Shown here: positions 38,994 through 52,451 of the stretch, piece after piece | How the letters are laid out: every line of letters begins with the position of its first letter | Position numbering within the stretch: the stretch's first letter is position 1 | Source: Octopus bimaculoides | Taxonomy: Eukaryota | Assembly (NCBI RefSeq): GCF_001194135.2 | Contig: NC_068995.1 | Coordinates: forward strand, 3,446,924-3,510,923 | Length of the DNA: 64,000 nucleotides | Direction of reading: 5' to 3' | Notes under the pieces: generated by a model | The model's database searches: none | Seen by the model: the letters and a program-made list of their open reading frames with translations, nothing else | What the model was told of the DNA's origin: nothing | Position numbers and translations under genes: made by a program

Positions 38994-40107
38994 TATTGTT
39001 TTGTTTATTATTCATATATTAGAAATATTATGAATTCGAAACTTGCTTTGATGTGTGTGTGTGTGTTTCAAAACAACAAAAGCAGGTAACCGAATCATAT
39101 CCTCTGTAGCTACGTCTATCGGTACTTTAATAAAATAATTTAAACAGATAACAAAAAGAAAAAGGAAAGAAGGAAGGAAGGAGAAACAGATAACAAAAAG
39201 AAAAAGGAAAGAAGGAAGGAAGGAGAAAGATATCTGCACTAATTTGATAAATCCTTCACATGTACCTGCGTCGACTATCTAGGAAGGTGAAATCGCCATT
39301 AAGACACTTTGCGTAGTGGTTCTTCTGTGTGTGTGTGTGTGTGTGTGTGTGCGTTTTATTTTGCTAGCAGCTGATGATTCAACTAATGTTTGTACTCTGT
39401 GTGTGTGTGTCTTGCGAATGAGTCATCATAGTAGGCCAAGCAGAGCAGATATCATAGCAGGCATTGCTGGAGCTCCACTGGCAGCAGCTGATAACCAATG
39501 TTGAATGAATATTTTTTCGTTTTTTTTTTTCCTTCTTTTTTTTTCTTTTTTACGTAGGTTTCTTTCATTGATAGATTTTTTTATTTATTTATTTATTTAT
39601 TTTCAAAACTAATACATTTCTACTTACTACCAGTCAGTCAGTCAGTCTGTGTGCATGTCCGTCTGTCCGTGTGTCTGTATGCCTGCATGTCCATCACTCC
39701 TTCCTACTCTCACCTCTCCTCCCGCCAGCCCCTCACTCTCACACACGCACACAACCTCCGTTCTCTCTCTCTCTCTCTCTCATCCTCTTACACCTGTTAC
39801 ACCAAAGACATCCACTTACCCATTGGATTATCATCTAAGCTTATTAACATTCAGCCAGCCTGATTGATACCTCTTTGCTTTGTAAAATATATTGAACTGA
39901 CAGAAAAAAAGAAAAAAAAATGTAGGGTTTTTTTTGTATGCTTTTTTTTATTGTGCTTTTTTTTGTTTCTTTCTAAGGTGTAACAAGAAAAAACAAGCTC
40001 ATTGCAGTTGTAAATCCTTCCCTCCCTCATTATCTCTCTCTCTCTTCCTCCTCTCCCTCTGCCTGTATCCCCCCCCACATATATGTGTGTGTGTGTGTAT
40101 GTATTTG

Positions 40108-40147
<40 letters not shown>

Positions 40148-41429
40148 TATATGTGTGTGTGTGTATTTGTATATGTGTATATATATGTGTGTGTAATATA
40201 TATGTACGTGTATGTATTTGTATATGTATATAAGTATGTATGTACGTAAGGTATCTCTGAAAATACAGGGGAATCACAGATGTGTGTCCTTTTTAATTTG
40301 AGTGATGATGATGGTGATTAAATTGCTGAAGAATCGTTTAAATCTATCTGTCTAAATTATAGCAGAGCATTGCTTTGTAGACAGATGATATTGTAGTAAT
40401 ATCACACACAGGATATAGATTTCACATATACAACTACTTGTTGTATGCATCGATATGTCATCGTCATCAACATTGTCATCGTCATTGTTTTAACGTCTGT
40501 TTTTCCATACTTGCTCGGGTCGTTCGGAATTTGTTGAGACCAATTTTGTGCAGTTGGATGCCTTTCCTTTCACCAACCTTTATCTGTTTCCAAGCAAGGT
40601 AATATTTCCCCCATGGCTGGACATGCTTCCATGGAATACTGCGAATGAAGGACACTTCCCCCCTCCACCCCACCGTGTCAGTTGGTGATTCTCACAGTTG
40701 TCATACAACATCAAGACAAGGAATCACAAACATACACTCACACATACACACACACACACAATGAACTCCTCTCAATTTCTATCTGCCAAAACCCTTCATG
40801 AGGCTTGTAAAATATTCTTTTCTAAACTTTTGGGGAGGGGGCCAGTTGATTAGATCGACCCCAGTATGCAACTGGTACTTAATTTATCGACTCCGAAAGG
40901 ATGAAAGGCAGAGTTGACCTCAGTGGAATTTGAACTCAGAATGTAAAGACAAACGAAATACCGCTAAGTGTTTCACCCGGCGTGCTAACATTTCTGCCAG
41001 CCCACTTTAGTCAGAACGCTAAATATTTTGATGTAACCGGTGATGATTGTGATGACGATGATGATATCTGCTATTTTGTAGTTTAGCAAATAATTCTCAG
41101 ATAATACAATTTTGGTTTTAAATAGAAATTCATTATTTTTTAAATCTGCCTATGACAAATTTAAAGAACATAAATATATGTTCAATTTTTTTTTCTTTTT
41201 TTTAAATGTTCATTCTTTGCAAATTTTTGCCATTTGAATGGAAACGGTATTAGTTATGAAACTTTATTTTTGTACTCATTCCTGACTCATTTTCCATTCT
41301 ATGGAATTTCTGCGTGTAGAATATAAAAGATTGTGCATGATGGAGGTACAGGTTTTGTTGTTGGGTCACCATCTCTTTAATAGCAAACATCAGAAGTCTG
41401 TGTGAATGTGTGTGTTATTATTTTTATTA

Positions 41430-41766
41430 CCGGGCGAAATGCTTAGTCATTACGTTCTGAGTTCAAATTCCACCAAGGTCGACTTTGCCTATCATTCTTT
41501 TGGGGGTTGATAAATTAAGTACTAGTCAAGTACTGGGGTCAATGTAATCAACTATCCCCCTCCCCTCAATAATAATCCTTTCTACTTGGAGAAGGGATTA
41601 AGTTGATTACATCGACCCCAGTGCGTAACTGGTGCTTAAATTATCGATCCCAAAAGGATGAAAGGCAAAGTCGACCCTGGTGGAATTTGAACTCAGAACG
41701 TGAAGACAGACAAAATACTGCTAAGCATTTTGCCCAGCGTGCTAACGATTCTGCCAGTGCGCCGCC

Positions 41767-41770
<4 letters not shown>
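41430..41770. mobile_element. Tail-to-tail inverted pair of family A SINEs
   Basis: Plus copy about 41430-41570 immediately followed by minus copy about 41580-41770. Confidence 0.85.
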
Positions 41771-41811
<41 letters not shown>

Positions 41812-43916
41812 TAATATATATTATATATAATATATATTGTAATGATAATGTAATATTTAAGTTTTTTGATGAAAAATATTTCTGCATTTAATTCTTATCA
41901 AACTTGACAAAAACCAAAATCTGTTACCATGGCTACTTTTGTTTTATTTCTTAAATTACAATAAAGTTGATGGCTCCCCATTTGGGTATTGAAAAAAAGG
42001 TTCACACACCTACGTCTTTCTTTTATGTTTCGCCTTTATCGTATTGATTATAATTTGATTGCTTATGTCACATCTGTTTAACACATGCTTATAGTTCTTT
42101 ACTTTGAATGTTCAACTGTGTAAATATGATGTTTGTGTGAGAATAGACTTGAAGAAGAGATAGGGGTGATTTATCAACTGTCATTTCTGCTGTCTTCATC
42201 ATGTAGTTTGTTCCCAGGTAGCAAACAGCAACGGCAGCTGCAGCAGCAGTCGTGGAGGGGGGGGGCTAATCTTAGCTGTGAATCTCAAATACCTTTAGTG
42301 GTTTCATACTGTCTGGTTGTCGTCATCGTCTCTCCTTAGGGTATCTCTTTATATGTTCACACATGTAATTGGAAGCTATGTAAAAAAGAAAATACAAAAT
42401 AAATAAATAAATAAAGGGAGTATTTTAGGGGTTAGAAAAGAATGTTCTGAGAACTCACTGTTGCTTTTAGTATTCTTGTGAATGGAATATATTAAGGTCA
42501 GGCATTTTTTTTTTCTATGAAAATTGGCAGGTTTTTTGTTATTGTTGCTGTTGTTGTTTCACATTTTGAAGGTCAGGTGTTGTTATGTTTTTTCTTGACA
42601 TAATCCATTCAGAGGTCATTTAACATATTCTATCGAAACTAAGCCACTATCATCTTTAGTGTGTCTGCTGTTTTACCTTTTTGGGGTGTTTTTTTTTTTA
42701 ATGTGTGGACGTGTACGCAAATGTTGTATGATGAACCAGAAAGCTGAAGGTAATAGGGAAAGAATGAGGATTGTTAGGCAAGAATATTTTGTGCAAGCCA
42801 GGATGAGAAAATAGGCTGGAAAAGGAAACAATACCTAAGAGAATAGAGAAGGTTTTTAAGAAATGAAAGCATTATGAAGGAAATGACATGGTATTACTGA
42901 ATGGAGGGATGATTTTGGCTGACACTGGACCACAAAATATGCTGAGGAATTTCCTGGGGTACTGTTGATATCTTTTATAATGACTAATAAGATTCTACCA
43001 AAATACAAGTGTTTTAGTCCCGATTCTTGATCTCAGATCCACCGATTGCTAAACTAATGTTAGGAAGGGCATCCAACCATAAAAACCATGCTGAAGCTGA
43101 TAGTTGAGCTCAGCCGAGTCCTCTGACTTGCCAGCTTCATCGAACCGATGCCAACATGGAAAACAAATGTTAAATTGTGATGATAATAAAGAAGATGATG
43201 ATTTAATGGCCACAGATAGGTGTAGATTTAATAATATTTTTATATATTTGTACATTTTGTATATTTCGGTTTGCTTTGCAAAACTAAAGAAAAACATTTT
43301 CACTTAGAAGACTCAGTGTGTGTTTTGGGGCTTGTCTATTCAGAACTCACAGATATGAATTGGGAATTTTTGAAAGCACTGCCATGGCATACGCTGACAC
43401 ACTCCTACTGAGTCTGGTTTTATAACTCAACCCATTTCCTCACTGAGTCACTTTATGTCAGTGTATCTGGCCTCAGATCTTTTATTTTCAGTTGCTCTGT
43501 CACTGTTAAAGCTATAAACATCAGTTCTTTCATCTAGTTAAATTGACTCTCTCACACACACACACACGATTTATAAATAGTCTAATCTATAAGTGCATAT
43601 AAGTATTTATATTCAGATGTTATCGATAGTTCAAAGTTTGCTGGTTCTTTTCATCACTAGATATCATCATCGTCAGTGTTGTCATCATCATCATCATCAC
43701 CGTCAGTGTCGTCGTCATCATCATCATCATCATCACCGTCAGTGTCGTCGTCATCATCATCATCATCATCATCATCGTCATTTGTGTTTGTTGTTTTTCC
43801 TCCATCAGAAGTGGTTGAATGAGTCTCACAACCTTGCACCTGCCATATTCCTTCATCAGTTAAAGTTATAGGAACCGAAAAAACTGCCAATCCTTCTTTG
43901 TGTTTTTCTTCCAATT

Positions 43917-43947
<31 letters not shown>

Positions 43948-46900
43948 AGGCAATGAAGTGGCAGAACCGTTAGTGTGCTGGATAAAATGCTTAGCAGTAT
44001 TTCGCCTGTGGTTCTGGGTTCAAATTCCGCCGTCGTCGGCTTTGCCTTTCATCCTTTCAGTGTCACTAAAATAAGTACCAGTTGGACACTGGGGTCGATG
44101 TAACCGATTCATCCTATTCCCCAACATTTCAGGCCTTGCGCCTGTATTAGAAAGGATTATCATTATTATTATTATTATTTTTTTTTTTTGGTAGGTAGGG
44201 GGTCAAGATTTTTACTGCTATGTCTTGCCTGTCACCAAACATAACGTTGTGGTCTAGCTACATGTTATTGTGCTGCCACATGAGAATTTGTCCATGATGG
44301 AACCAAAGAGTTTCCTTCTGCCCTGTATCAAATACACACACATGATGAGCTTTCATTTTTCATCAACTAAATCCACTCACAAGGCTGTGGTTGGCCTGAG
44401 GCTATAGCAGAAGACACTTTCCCAAGGTGATACGAAGAGGGACTGAACCTGGGACCATGTGTTTGGGAAGCAAACTGTTTAGCACACAGCCATGCCTGTA
44501 CCTCAGACTGTTGTCTTTTTTAAAAACAATGACTCAACAATGACATCTTCCATTGTTTATTCATTGCACTTATAACAATAATGCTGTTTCATGTTGTTCC
44601 AATTTTTTAGCATGAAGAATTTTTTTATTGCTGTAGCCTTGGTCATATCGGTTCATTGCTGTAGCCTTGAAGTGGACCTCTAGAACCAAGTGACCTCTTC
44701 AAATGCTTCTGAGTGATCCTCCTCACAAGATACACCATATTCTAGTCTGATATTGTGTCATACTGTTCACTCTCATCAGACTATGTTTCATTATATCACA
44801 TTTAGATTGTTGTAGTCAGCTTGCTTAATGAAATGGTGAGGAAAGCTGTCCAATTTATTAAAACAAAACTTGTGAGGTGCAGCAGAGAGAATCTTAGCTT
44901 GTTATGATAATTTGTCGACACCTGTCTAAGTATGTGGTTGTGCATCAGTACAGTGATTGTCTTGTCATTAATATAACGAGCACGGCTATGCTTAGCTGAA
45001 GACAGCTATGCTTAGCTGAAGAGGTCAAATAAGATAGAAACATATCTGGAGTTGCTGCTCTTTAAGTGTAACGAGGCTTCCCACACTGGATAGAAAGAAA
45101 AAAAAAACACTTAGAAACTCTGAATGTTCTCAATATATACATGTTCATTCGTGTGTGTGTGTGTGTGGTGAGAAGTTATTGTCTGATGTAAGAACATCTC
45201 CAGTTTTGTCACACTGTCTCCCTTTCAATGCTGATTATGTAACGTGGGTAACAACATTTGTGATGTACTTTTTATGACTCATTGTTGCAGACCATTATTT
45301 TTACATCTGGATTATTGTATTATCTATTTTATCAGTGAACTGAAAGTACAGGAAGTGTTGATGCACCAATCGTCTGCCAGGAATACCTGCAGCCACAGTC
45401 TAGTTAACATCTAAAGTATTGGGTTACACCTTACGCAGCCTTTCAACATCTTATGTCTCGTATCTATCTCGCTACTTTACTTTAAATTATCCTCTACAAA
45501 CATTGAGCTACCATCGTCTTTCAAATATAAATAATTCTTTTTAGTTGTTTCTTCGCAAATAAATAACAACAACCTATGTGTTTCTGTTGTCGACTGCCAT
45601 GTTGACAATATCGTCCTGTCTCTGATTGCAGTATCATAACATCTGACTCTCTAAATTTATAACTAACTTCTCATGGTACAAGTTTTATTATCATTTGAAA
45701 AGTTTTTTTTTTTTTTTACTGTTAGTTTCTTGTTGATATTCTTCGTTCAGTTTATTGAGTAGTGAGTAGGTCTCTCAGGATCAACCAAATACGTGCAATT
45801 ACAAATTCCACAAATCGTATTTAGCATCTTGATGGTATTCTTGATGTTTTAAGGGTTTTTCTGTCTGAATATCCTGTTGTATTTGCTCGTAGCAGGATAT
45901 GGCCTTTGAAAACCAATGAAAAGATGTAGAACAATGAGCCCATTTTTAAATGGAATTCATTCTAATTTAAAACTGGTTTTTTTCCTGTTGCTTTGTATAG
46001 ATATTTTGTTGTTTGTTTGCTTATGTCTATGTGTCCTGTTATCACTCCTTTGTTTATTTTTCTGGTTTCCCCTCATTAGTCACAGCTTTAAGCCTTTTTG
46101 ACACCAACCTGTCTGTTTCTGAGCCTATGATACAAGTTTCCAGTTCTAAAGTGAATTTTATGATCCAAACTCCAGCTTAATAACGACAAAGTTGTTTTAC
46201 TAAATTCTTCATTATTTTCAAAATTACTTGAAACAAAGTCCATGTATTTCAACAGAAATATGGTAACAAAAGGGTTAAAGTGATCAAAATTAAAATCTTC
46301 CATCTAAATTTCTTGATAATTTATGTTCCAAAATAGAAGCTTCCACAGTTTTCATCTACCAAATTCCACCCACAATACTATTGATCATCTTGAGATTCTT
46401 GCAGTAGACACTTGACCTAAGTGTCATTCAATCAGATTGAACCTGGAACCATGTGGCTCTGAATTCTGCAGTGAACTTAACCACATAGCCAAACCTGTTT
46501 CACAACATTTTGAAGCAATTTCTTTTTTTTTTTTTTTTCTCAATATCTCGATTTAATACTTGAGATATAATGAATCTGAAACTATTTCTTATCACTCTCC
46601 ACCTGGTTTATGTTTGTTTACTGTATTTTCCAACATATAAGTCAGCATAATATATGGTGTAAACATTGAAACCTCATCTCCGTTTTCCCAAATCCTGCTG
46701 TATTTCACGTGGAATTTTGTATCCTCCTTCAAAGTTGTCTTGGTGTAGACGTTCACCTATCGTTTTGCTCTGTAAATCTTGGAATGAAGAATTCGACATG
46801 TACGTCAGAAAATATGGTAGTTTTGTTCTTCTTTTGCCCTGCTTCTTTTTGTCATTGGACTGTGGCCATGCTGGGGCACCATCTTGAAGGGTTTAGCTGA

Positions 46901-47563
46901 GCAAATTAACCCCAATGCTTATAATTTTAAAGCCTGGCATTTGTTCTGTTAGATTCTTTTGCTGAACCTCTAAGTTACAAGGATGTAAACAAACCAATGA
47001 TGGTTGTCAAGTGGTAGTTGGAGACAACGACAAACGCTCCACACACATGCATAAACGATGGGCTCTTTTCGGCTTCCATCTACCAGATCCACTCACAAGG
47101 TATTGGTTAGCCTGAGACAGTAGAAGACAGTTGCCCAAAGTGGCATGCTGTGGGAACGAACCCAGAATGATGTGGTTAGGAAGCAGACTTTTTACCACAC
47201 AGCCATGCTCATGTATTTTCTAATTAATCATTCATTTATATCCTCCACTTCGTCATCATTTAACGTCTGTTTTCCATGCTGGAATGGGTTGGGTGATTTG
47301 CCAGGAGCTGGCTAGTCAGAAGACTGCACCTGTCTGCTTTGTTTTCTGCACCTGGATGCCCTTCCTAACACCATTTTTACCTAGTGTATTGGGTGCTTTT
47401 CATGTGGCACCAGCACTAGTGGAGGGTCACAAGATTCTTTGCCTCAACTGAGAGGAGTAACAGCGAGGGAGGTGGCTCAGTGCCAGGTGATGAGGGGTTA
47501 GAGTATGAGCAGAGGGACAGAAACAGGTGTCTTGCAGCAGAGGAGATATATGACTGCTTCAAT

Positions 47564-47614
<51 letters not shown>

Positions 47615-48581
47615 GGTGAAGATGGAGCATGAAAGATTAACTGAGGTGTTGTGTTGAAATATTGGTTTCAAATTTTGACGCAAGGCCAACAAATTTGTAG
47701 GGAGTGGGTAAGTCGATTACTTTGACCTCAGTGCTCAACTGGTGCTTATTTTATCGACCCCTGAAAAGGATGAAAGGCAAAGTCGACCTCAGCAGAATTT
47801 GAACTCAGAACGTAGCCAAGCATTTTGGCCCACGAGCTAATGATTCAGCCAGCTCACCACCCTAGCTGTGTTGAAATATTCACAGAACTACACAGTATGA
47901 GTGTCCTGTTGTATGAGTAATTTGCTGTTCGAGCTGAGGCTCGTGTGAATTTTTTTTCTTGAAGTACAAACGGAAATCGACAGTATGAGCACACAAAACG
48001 TCCCATCTTTAAGGTAATTCAGTTAATAAAACCAGTTTACATATTTTCTTTTATATTCTCTTTTTTATAATTGTCATTTTACTTGTAACTACACTCTTTC
48101 TGTTTTAAAACCCCTAAAAAATTATTTTTGAGTGGTTTTGGGGTTCTGGAACGGATTTATTATATTTTAGTTAATTTCAGTGGGGGAAAATTTATTTGTA
48201 AAATGAGTAAATCGTAAGAGAAGCTCAGTCATTGAACGAATTAAGAATTAAACTCGTTCTGTGAGGTATCACTGTATTTATGTCTGTGAATGAGTGTTTC
48301 ATTTCATGAGAACAATGAACTCTTAACACTTAAATATTTGTCACTTCCATCATTCTTCACTCTAAATCACTCCAACATCCTTATTGTTGGGATTTCCCTC
48401 TCTAACTTGTCAACAACTCTTTTTATGTTTACTTCTGCTGGTGACTCAAACTATTTCTATTTCATCATGTATCTTTCCATCATGTATCAGTCAATTAGCT
48501 GCAGCCATGCTGGAGCACCACCTTGAAGGATTTCAGTTGAACAAACTGCGCTAAATCACTAAGTTACAGGGATGTAAATGA

Positions 48582-48943
48582 ATGTGAGAGGGGAATATGT
48601 TGAATAAAATCATAATTAACTGACCCTCCTCTATTTTCTTTTACCCAAAGCCAGGGACTTTTCAGCACCCATCATATACTGAGAATGTGTTAAGACTGTA
48701 AAGAAATGGTGCAGCCTTGCTTCACTGGGTGTGTAACATTTATGTGAATGAACGACCGAGAGGCACAGAATGTACTGAGAGGAAAACTAGGGTGTCGAGT
48801 GCAAGAGGGATTGGAAGTAGTGTATAAGAAAGAGGATTGCATTGTTTTGGAGTGGTCATGAGTATGGATGACAAGAGATGAGTAAAGGAGTGCCTGGAGA
48901 TCCAAGTGGAAGAGGAAGACCCAATCTTCATTAAAATCCTTTT
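48582..48943 (+). repeat. Local duplication unit 1: mariner 3' end fused to an RTE LINE fragment
   Basis: Homologous to 49577-49918, including the mariner-TIR/RTE junction. Confidence 0.8.
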
Positions 48944-49499
48944 ATCGGGGCTCAGGTGTTTGCTACTAATTACGTTATGGTGGATTTATAACTAATATTT
49001 GTGTGTGTGTGTGTGTGTGTGCCTTAAGTCCGCTATAACATAATTACTTGCCAAGCCAATTACTGCTCCTGTAATCACTAAATTCCTAATGAACTGACAC
49101 TAATAACGAACTAAAACCTTGATCTAGATCCAACTAGGATATATGAGCTTTGTAATCCCTTAACCATAAAATTGAATAAAAGACAATAGAAATAATTGTA
49201 TAAAAATGTAAAAGGAAGAAAAATAAAATTCTGGGGTCTATTTGTTCAAATAAAATTCTCCGATGCTGTGCCCCAGCATGGTCACAGTCTAATGAGTGAA
49301 ACAAGTAAAAATAAAAAATACCAGAAGCCTAAAGACGAAGGGACCAACTGCTGGACGATCAGTTGGTGTCCCACTGTCGTATTTGATGCTGAGAGCCAAG
49401 GTTGAATGATGTTTGTGTGTAAAATGGAAAGCTTGGTGACAGTGAGACAAGGTGACTGTATGAGCGGGGTTCCTGTGTCTAAGGGTTTCATGAAAGGCC

Positions 49500-50021
49500 T
49501 GATTGGAGGCCCAGTCTTCTGAGTTTTTTTTTTACAGGGTTTGACAAAATTGAAGGACTGCTGCAATAAGTTTGTGAATCTGAGAGGGGAATGTGTTGAA
49601 TGGAATCATAATTAACTGATCTTCCTGTGTTTTCTTTTACCCAAAGCCAGCGACTTTTCAGCACCCCTCATATACTGAGAATGTGTTAAGACTGTAAAGA
49701 GATGGTGCAGCCTTGCTTCACTGGGTGTGTAACATTTATGTGAATGAACGACCGAGAGGCACAGAATGTACTGAGAGGAAAACTAGGGTGTCGAGTGTAA
49801 GAGGGATTGGACGTAGTGTATAAGAGAAAGGATTGCATTGTTTTGGAGTGGTAATGAGTATGGATGACAAGAGATGAGTAAAGGAGTGCCTGGGGATACA
49901 AGTGGAAGAGGAAGACCCGAAGAAGCTATGGGAAGAAGTGGTGAGAGTTAATCTCAGAATGTTGAACCTTACAAAGGAGATGACTAAGAAACCCAACAAA
50001 TGGCAACTTGTCGTGATTGAG
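49500..50021 (+). mobile_element. Mariner 3' end (to ~49672) followed by RTE-clade LINE 3' ORF fragment; duplication unit 2
   Basis: Frameshifted translation LHCFGVVMSMDDKR*VKECLGIQVEEEDPKKLWEEVVRVNLRMLNLTKEMTKKPNKWQL resembles the RTE C-terminal LRWFGHV.RM...GRP.K.W...V..DL pattern. Confidence 0.75.
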
Positions 50022-50635
50022 GCTCAGCTAATGTATGCCCGCATGGGAAAAAGGATGTGAAAATGACAAATGATGATATTGTCATTACCAGTGACATCAT
50101 CGACACCATTTAATGACTGCCAAACATTGTAAACCTTTGTAGGGGGTGCAGCCAAGCATTCACTAATAAGAGTCTACGTTTTGTTAGTAATAGTCATTTT
50201 TGTAAATGTGGTACTATGAGTTCTTTAAGTAGTATATTTGGCGTTTTGTGTTTCGTCACACTTGATACTCTGAGTGTTGTGTTTAGTTGTGAAGGAAATG
50301 TTTTTTTGTGAATGGGATTAACATGACGTGTGTCTGTAGTCATAATTTTAACTTCTCCATCTGGAAATATATTATGTATATGCAGTGAGCTGTGACACAA
50401 CAATAGATAGACTTTATGAGATAATTCAATTATGGCAAGTGTGTAATTTATTCATAACTTACACAAATGACACAAATCTTCTTTCATTTTTTTGTCAGAG
50501 AAACTTAACACCGATCAAGTCAAATATTAAAAAAAAACGTTTTAAATCTTTTTAATTTTAATGTAGCATGTCCATAAGAGATGTTATCTTGGGACAAATA
50601 CTGCAGCAACTGGCCGATCAAACTGTGTACATACA

Positions 50636-50860
50636 TTAACCCTTTAGCATTCAGATGATTCTGTCAAATGTTAGCTTCATTTATTTATATTAAAAAAAAA
50701 GAAATCTTGTATTGTCATGTAGCTTTGAGATTTCAAAGATATGATTGTTTATTATGAGAATGGCATTGTAAGGTAAGTGTGAGAGGCTGGATCTGCCCTG
50801 TTTGAACATAAAACAGGTAGAATATTTGGGCCAGATATGGCTGGTTTAAATGCTAAAGGG
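50636..50860 (+). mobile_element. TTAA MITE family 2, second copy
   Basis: TTAACCCTTTAGCAT ... ATGCTAAAGGG; internal similarity to 32654-32889. Confidence 0.7.
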
Positions 50861-51558
50861 CTGCAGAACCAGCACGATCCAATGTATAACAAAGGCTGTA
50901 TATTTTGAACTGCAGTTACAATTCACCTAATGAGCCATCTACCCAGTTTTAGTCACCGCGTATGGGGGAACCTGAGGCTATAGAAAATAGATAAACTACT
51001 ACTACTACTACTACTACTACTACCTATCTGTAAACACATATTCTTTAAACTAACTTCAGATTCCATTGGAATTTTTTGCTATTTTTTTCATGTTTTTTTT
51101 AAAAAATTGTCTTTCATTATTTTTATGAATATTTCATCTTTATGACTATTTCAGAATTCTACGGACTTCACATGTGATTCACCTCAGTTCCATGTTAGCA
51201 TCCTATCAAGATGCCAATCTCCAAGATGTCAATGATTTCAGATTTTAATTTAAAGAAAACTCTTCAACCAGCCACACAGAATTTTGAGAATGAAACAATA
51301 AGCCACGGAAATGTTATCTTGAGACAGAACTCGCAAAACCAGTATGCAGGACGAGAGCTTCAGAAAACCTAAGTTATTACCTTGTTTTCCTGTAATATCA
51401 CCAGTATGGTTTGGTCAGGAACCCTCCTCCCTAACAATGAGGGCTAGTTCTCCTTTAATCCCTTCCTTTCCAGCTCTTCGCTGTTGTTCCTCAATGTCCA
51501 TATCTATCACTTCTGTTCCCGTTATTAGCTTCAGCTTCCCAAACCGGACTGTCACACT

Positions 51559-51705
51559 ATGAGCGTTCTGCCACTGAAAGTTATGGACAGTGAACCTTCT
51601 GTCCAAGTCACTGACACTGACCAAAACTTAGTCACACAAGAGGTTCCATGGAAATTGATGGAACCCCATGGATTAGTAGAAATAATATCGAATCTTTTAG
51701 AGAAG
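51559..51705 (+). CDS. DUSP8/16: DUSP8/16-like MAPK phosphatase, first coding exon (49 codons)
   Basis: ATG at 51559 with in-frame upstream stop at 51526. Translates MSVLPLKVMDSEPSVQVTDTDQNLVTQEVPWKLMEPHGLVEIISNLLEK; phase 0 donor AAG|gtaagt. Likely acceptor ttctcctttaatcccttcctttccag| at 51473 (alternative at 51154). Confidence 0.8.
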
Positions 51706-52180
51706 GTAAGTTACAATAAGTTCTCTTTTATTTTTTGTTGTTGCCCTACAAAGTAAATTTCTGGCATGCTTTTTCTCATTCACCACATTACTGAGCTACC
51801 ATTTAGCATAAAGGATTTCCTCTATACTTTGCTGATACTTCCTCCAGGTGCTGGGCAGTGGGTTTGAACCTGAAACAATGTGGGTACAAAGCAAGTTTCT
51901 AAACCACATAGTCATGCCAGCACCATGAAAAGACGAGGCAGTTTGTTTATCCTCATTATCGGTGTCATTAACATCTTAATTATCATCGTTTAAAATTAAT
52001 TTCTTTGACCTGGCATTGATTGGTTGATGGAGTTTTAAGAGTTATTCCAATTTGCATGTTTCCATTTCAAAAATTTACATTTTCTGTTTCAGATTCTATG
52101 TAATTACCATTCTCTGTGATTCTAGATTGTCTGGAAATTGAATATCAATACAGCTTCTTCCTTCACGTTTCTCTTTACAG

Positions 52181-52291
52181 GTACTTATTATCGACAGCCG
52201 CTCATTTCTGGAGTTTAACACCTGCCATATACGTCACTCAGTCAATGTCTGTTGCTCTAAGCTGGTGAAAAGACGTTTACAGCATGATAAG
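52181..52291 (+). CDS. DUSP8/16: DUSP8/16-like, coding exon 2 (rhodanese/CH2-A and kinase-interaction motif)
   Basis: ctctttacag| VLIIDSRSFLEFNTCHIRHSVNVCCSKLVKRRLQHDK |gtgaga; 111 nt. Closely matches recalled human DUSP8 LVIDSRSFVEYNSWHVLSSVNICCSKLVKRRLQQGK. Confidence 0.95.
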
Positions 52292-52451
52292 GTGAGATAT
52301 TTTCCTGTTGTTGTTCTTGTTGTTATTATTGTCATTTAGATTACTGACGGCTTTTGTTTAATATCAACAACTTTTGGGTTGAAAATATTGCGTGCAAGGT
52401 TTCATGTCATAAAAAACAGTTGGCAACAAAACTAACTGGAATCAAGATTGT

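Noticed and set aside
39143-39228. Exact 43-bp tandem duplicate in a GA-rich tract; also 44985-45022 and 56740-56870
   Set aside because: Simple slippage duplications in low-complexity sequence with no sign of function.
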